From the IMG/VR virus record IMGVR_UViG_3300031140_000003, positions 1-63,464 of that record: a DNA stretch of 63,464 bases; one strand, given 5' to 3'. Source of the stretch: a virus (lineage: Duplodnaviria > Caudoviricetes). Below the pieces are notes generated by a model. It ran no database searches. It saw nothing but the letters and a program-made list of their open reading frames with translations, and was not told where the DNA came from. Positions 59,745 to 63,464 of the stretch are shown here, piece by piece; the first letter of the stretch is position 1; every line of letters starts with the position of its first letter. A program made the translations under genes and the position numbers.

Positions 59745-60113
59745 ATGAAAACATTTTTAGATTACATGGAAGATGCAGATATCACTAATGAAGAGCTTCA
59801 GGTTTTACAAGAGTCATTACAGACTGAGTGGACTGATGAGCTTGAGGAAAAGGTAGATGCTGCTTTAGAAGAATTTGCAAAGGAATACAAGAACGAAGAC
59901 GGAACTTTTAATATAGAAAGACTTAATACTGAAATGACAAATGAAGGTATGTTTGGTTCTATATTCGGAGGTTTAACAGGATTCGCTCTTGGTAAAACCA
60001 TTGGTAAAACTGTTGCTAAAGTAATGGGTATTCAAAAAGGTATATTTTATGATATGTTAACCTCACGATTAGTTGGAGCTGCTTTAGGTTCTGCTATCGG
60101 TAAAGCTCTATAA
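59745..60113 (+). CDS. Small protein with capsid-targeting-like N-terminus and glycine-zipper C-terminus
   Basis: MKTFLDYMED; GSIFGGLTGFALG, VGAALGSAIG. Confidence 0.65.
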   Translation: MKTFLDYMEDADITNEELQVLQESLQTEWTDELEEKVDAALEEFAKEYKNEDGTFNIERLNTEMTNEGMFGSIFGGLTGFALGKTIGKTVAKVMGIQKGIFYDMLTSRLVGAALGSAIGKAL

Positions 60114-60764
60114 ATGACTTACGTTACAATTGATTTTTCACTAAATTCACCAGGTATTTGTATATTTAAAGACAAATATCATTTCATATCTTATTTAAAA
60201 CCAAAATCCGGAACTAAAAAAGATCAAAGGACTCAAGAAGATTTGAGTCTATTATCTGATGTTACTTTAAAAGAACAACCAGATTTCACTAATGTTGGCG
60301 CTTATTCTTCAGTTGAATTAGGTAAGATCAATAGATATATCACTTCTGCGAACGATATCATAAATATTATTAAAGAACATACTAAAGGAGAAACTCAATT
60401 TGTTTTTGCTTTTGAAGGAACTTCGTTTGGATCTAAACAAGGAACTAATAACATTATTGATATGGCAGCAGGCGCTGCAATCCTTAAACTAAAGATTCTT
60501 GAAGAGTTTAATCCAATAACAATAGAAACTGTTGCACCTTCAACTATCAAAAAGCATGCTGGAAAAGGTAACATGAATAAGTCTCAGTTATGGAAAGTCT
60601 TTATTGAAGGCGGAACTGGAACTGATGAGATTGTTAGAGCCTCTGACTTCCTTCTTTTTTGTGTTAATGAAATCGGCGAAACAACTAAGATTCCAAAGCC
60701 CTTTGATGATTTAGTCGATGCATATTTCTTGAACTCTTACGTTCAGTCCTTGGACCAGATTTAA
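60114..60764 (+). CDS. RuvC-like Holliday junction resolvase
   Basis: IDFSLNSPG, AFEG, P.TIKK..G.GN..K, DDLVDAY. Confidence 0.75.
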   Translation: MTYVTIDFSLNSPGICIFKDKYHFISYLKPKSGTKKDQRTQEDLSLLSDVTLKEQPDFTNVGAYSSVELGKINRYITSANDIINIIKEHTKGETQFVFAFEGTSFGSKQGTNNIIDMAAGAAILKLKILEEFNPITIETVAPSTIKKHAGKGNMNKSQLWKVFIEGGTGTDEIVRASDFLLFCVNEIGETTKIPKPFDDLVDAYFLNSYVQSLDQI

Positions 60765-60848
60765 CTTTCAGACTTAAAGACTTAACTTATACTGTCATCT
60801 GGCTGGAAAGTTTCATAACCATCTAAATAAATTTAATAATAAATAATA

Positions 60849-61037
60849 ATGTATAACGAAGAGATATCCCCATATGAACTTATGAACTTAAAAAGTACTT
60901 TAGACTTAATGGTCTCAACAAACCGAATAACAAAAAAAGAAAGCTTAGAGATATTAAAGAAAGCTGGGCTTAGTATATCAGACGATGGTAAAGACTTCGT
61001 TGACGAAAAAGGATCTATATATAAATTTGATATATAG
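60849..61037 (+). CDS. Hypothetical protein
   Basis: ORF track. Confidence 0.6.
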   Translation: MYNEEISPYELMNLKSTLDLMVSTNRITKKESLEILKKAGLSISDDGKDFVDEKGSIYKFDI

Positions 61038-61051
61038 TTTGAATATATTTG

Positions 61052-61077
61052 AAACTTTTAATAGTTTTCAAGTATAA
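61052..61077 (+). promoter_or_regulatory. AAAC-N17-TATAA promoter for ssb
   Basis: Exact spacing. Confidence 0.6.
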
Positions 61078-61165
61078 ACCATGAAAGTTTATTAAAGGTA
61101 CCGAAAGAATTAACGATCAAAGAATTTAAAGTTTAACGAATTAACAAATTAAAAGAATTAAAGAC

Positions 61166-62086
61166 ATGGCAGAATTTGACATTTTCAATTTAGGCGTCTC
61201 AGACGTCGACACACACGAACAACAAGCAAAAACGGATGTAATCTATAAACCTAGTGCAGACCAAGGTAAAGATGGGACATACAAAGCATTAATACGTTTT
61301 GTTCCTAATCCAGCAAATCCACGTAACTCATTAGTTAAAAAATATGTACACTGGTTAACAGATGCATCAGGTAATGGTCGATTAGTCGATTCACCTAGCT
61401 CTGTTGGAGAAACTTGCCCAATTGCGGAATCTTTCTTCAAATTACGTAATAGTGATTCAGCAGTAGACCGTAAAATGAGTGAGAAATTAAAAAGACGTGA
61501 ACAATACTACGCACTTATTAAAGTAGTTAAAGATCCTCAAAACACAGCAATGGAAGGCCAATATATGGTATATAAGTTCGGTTACAAGATCAAAGAAAAG
61601 ATCGATGAGGAATTAAAACCTGCATTTGGTGAACCAACTCAAGTATTCGATTTATTCGAAGGTAAAAACTTTGAGTTAATCATTACAAGACAAGGTGAAT
61701 ATAACAACTACGATAAATCTAAATTCTCAGCAAGTCGCTCAGCAATTTCAGTAGAAGGAGAACCAGCAGAAAGAAACAAAGAATCTATGACAGTTATTAA
61801 AGCTGAATTAGAAGCAGCACCATCATTAGAGCCTTATGAATATAAAGCATGGGATGGAGACGCAAGAGACTTTGTTAACGGTATATTAAGACAATACTTA
61901 AATCCAGGTAGTTCAATGGACGCAGTTATTTCAAAACCTAAAGCAAAACCAGCACCGAAGCAGAAAGCTAAAGTAGCAGAAGCAGTTGGAAGCACAGATA
62001 CAGAAATAGATACTAATCCATCGCCAGCAGCTTCAGCGGATAGCAGCGACGATCTAGATTCTTTCTTGAATGACCTTGATATCTAA
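61166..62086 (+). CDS. Single-stranded DNA-binding protein, T4 gp32-like
   Basis: ALIRFVP, CPI, V.KDP....EG....YKFG.KI, FDLFEG.NF, YD.SKF, acidic tail DDLDSFLNDLDI. Confidence 0.88.
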   Translation: MAEFDIFNLGVSDVDTHEQQAKTDVIYKPSADQGKDGTYKALIRFVPNPANPRNSLVKKYVHWLTDASGNGRLVDSPSSVGETCPIAESFFKLRNSDSAVDRKMSEKLKRREQYYALIKVVKDPQNTAMEGQYMVYKFGYKIKEKIDEELKPAFGEPTQVFDLFEGKNFELIITRQGEYNNYDKSKFSASRSAISVEGEPAERNKESMTVIKAELEAAPSLEPYEYKAWDGDARDFVNGILRQYLNPGSSMDAVISKPKAKPAPKQKAKVAEAVGSTDTEIDTNPSPAASADSSDDLDSFLNDLDI

Positions 62087-63197
62087 GATAGACGAATCAT
62101 TAAAATCTAAAATTAGAAGTCTAGTAAAGCAAGTCGTAACGACGCAACATACTGACCCTAATAAAAGAATGCTTAAGGAAATGCCAGGCCGTTTGAGTCT
62201 GGCATGCCCTTATTGCGGTGATAGTTTTACAGATACTTACAAAAAAAGAGGAAGTATATACTGGGATAGTTTACAATTCCACTGCTTCAACTGTAGCCAA
62301 CATGGCGATGTCTATAGTTTATTGAAAGATCATCATGTCGGTTTTAAAGACCGTGAAGATTCTATTAAAGTTATTGATTTTATACAAGAGCATAAGATTT
62401 CAGCAGAATCAGTTGAGGTATTAGAGCACGACGTATTTAAAAAGATATATGACTTAGCACCTACTCGAGAAGATCTCATAAAATATTTCGGATTCAAAGA
62501 AATAGAAACTGGAGATCCAGGTTACTTTTATCTACGAGGTAGAATGTTATCACACAAACTTGAAAACTTCATGTATTCTCCTAAGGATAAAAGAATGGTA
62601 GTTCTCAATGTTGCCCCTAATAATAAAGTTATTGGATTTCAAACAAGAGCTCTTTCAAAATATAAAAGCGCAAGATATTTAACTTACGATATTGAGAAAA
62701 TATATCAAGAGATGAAAAAAGATATTGGAGTTTCTATTGAGGAATTAATAAGTCTTAAGAAAATATCAACATTGTTTGGTATTTTACGTGTTGATTTACA
62801 AAGACAAGTAACTATGTTTGAGGGACCTATTGATGCGATGTTTATGCAAAACAGTATTGGACTAGCAACGGCCGGGAGATCTACTGAGGAATTTGATGAA
62901 ATTCCTACAATACGTTATATGTTTGATAATGATACCACTGGTAAAAAGAAGATGATGGAGAAATTAAGAAGAGGAAAGGAAATCTTTATGTGGGGTAAGT
63001 TTTTTAATGAAACTAAATTAGATGTAAGATGGGAAAAGTATCTAGAATCTATTGACAAAGAAAATAGAGATAAATATCCTAAAGAACTAGGTGACTTGAA
63101 TGATTTAGTCAGAATTGCTTATTACTTAAAAGATGGTTGTATTAAAGATCTCTCTAAGTATTTTAGTAATTCAAAACTTGATGCATTTTACCTATGA
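62070..63197 (+). CDS. DNA primase, T4 gp61-like
   Basis: CPYCGD...HCFNC Zn ribbon; GFQTR; EGPIDA; FDND..G; DLND. Confidence 0.88.
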   Translation: MTLISKIDESLKSKIRSLVKQVVTTQHTDPNKRMLKEMPGRLSLACPYCGDSFTDTYKKRGSIYWDSLQFHCFNCSQHGDVYSLLKDHHVGFKDREDSIKVIDFIQEHKISAESVEVLEHDVFKKIYDLAPTREDLIKYFGFKEIETGDPGYFYLRGRMLSHKLENFMYSPKDKRMVVLNVAPNNKVIGFQTRALSKYKSARYLTYDIEKIYQEMKKDIGVSIEELISLKKISTLFGILRVDLQRQVTMFEGPIDAMFMQNSIGLATAGRSTEEFDEIPTIRYMFDNDTTGKKKMMEKLRRGKEIFMWGKFFNETKLDVRWEKYLESIDKENRDKYPKELGDLNDLVRIAYYLKDGCIKDLSKYFSNSKLDAFYL

Positions 63198-63421
63198 CAA
63201 AAATAGATATAATAGATATGATCGATGAAGAGTTCGAAGAATTTGAACAAGATCGTGACCGTAGAAAAAACCTTAAGCAACTTCTTAGTTTTAAGAGTTC
63301 AATTGTAGATTATAATGAAAAAGATATAAATATATTGGAACCTAAATTTAAAAAGAAACTTAATACAAGTATCTACATAAAGACGCATAATAAGAATAAT
63401 AATAAAAATCAACTTTTTTAA
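63194..63421 (+). CDS. Hypothetical protein
   Basis: ORF track; ATGA overlap with the primase gene. Confidence 0.6.
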   Translation: MTKIDIIDMIDEEFEEFEQDRDRRKNLKQLLSFKSSIVDYNEKDINILEPKFKKKLNTSIYIKTHNKNNNKNQLF

Positions 63422-63434
63422 AGAAGATTAAAAA

Positions 63435-63464
63435 ATGGCAGATTTGAAAGATAAAATAATTAAG
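63435..63464 (+). CDS. Start of a gene truncated by the window end (MADLKDKII...)
   Basis: ATG after an A-rich leader. Confidence 0.45.
   Translation, partial: MADLKDKIIK

Noticed and set aside
12259-61440. Minus-strand ORFs of 60-138 aa in the track
   Set aside because: All lie almost entirely antisense to well-supported plus-strand genes and show no motifs.
1-63464. Stop-codon recoding
   Set aside because: Genes are intact and densely packed under the standard code, and TAA, TAG and TGA all end genes.
1-63464. tRNA, rRNA, integrase or transposase
   Set aside because: None recognised by eye; intergenic gaps are short and AT-rich. No covariance search was run.

Overview
AT-rich, almost entirely plus-strand segment of a large T4-like myovirus (jumbo-phage-like). 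The host is most likely Bacteroidota/Flavobacteria, based on Bacteroidota-type bS21 and bS1, A-rich leaders without SD sequences, TAnnTTTG-like promoters and a DUF5977-like domain. From left to right the window holds: (1) four consecutive collagen-like (Gly-X-Y) genes, one ending in a Hint domain, followed directly by a DUF6445-type 2OG-Fe(II) oxygenase, a two-domain glycosyltransferase and a P4H-like 2OG-Fe(II) oxygenase; (2) accessory and host-takeover genes (3'-5' exonuclease, DnaJ, bS21, three EEYEKC-motif proteins, PhoH, RNase HII, UvsE, dCMP deaminase, bS1, amidoligase); (3) baseplate, neck and tail-fibre genes; (4) RuvC-like resolvase, gp32-like SSB and gp61-like primase. The best candidate for an undescribed system is a phage 'procollagen' pathway: three length-matched paralogous chains (possible heterotrimer), a self-cleaving Hint C-terminal domain, and adjacent hydroxylases and glycosyltransferases. 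Three promoter classes, two Fur/PerR-like dyads, an RBS-sequestering hairpin and T4-like capsid-targeting N-termini are also visible. All product calls come from motif recognition by eye; no database searches were run.
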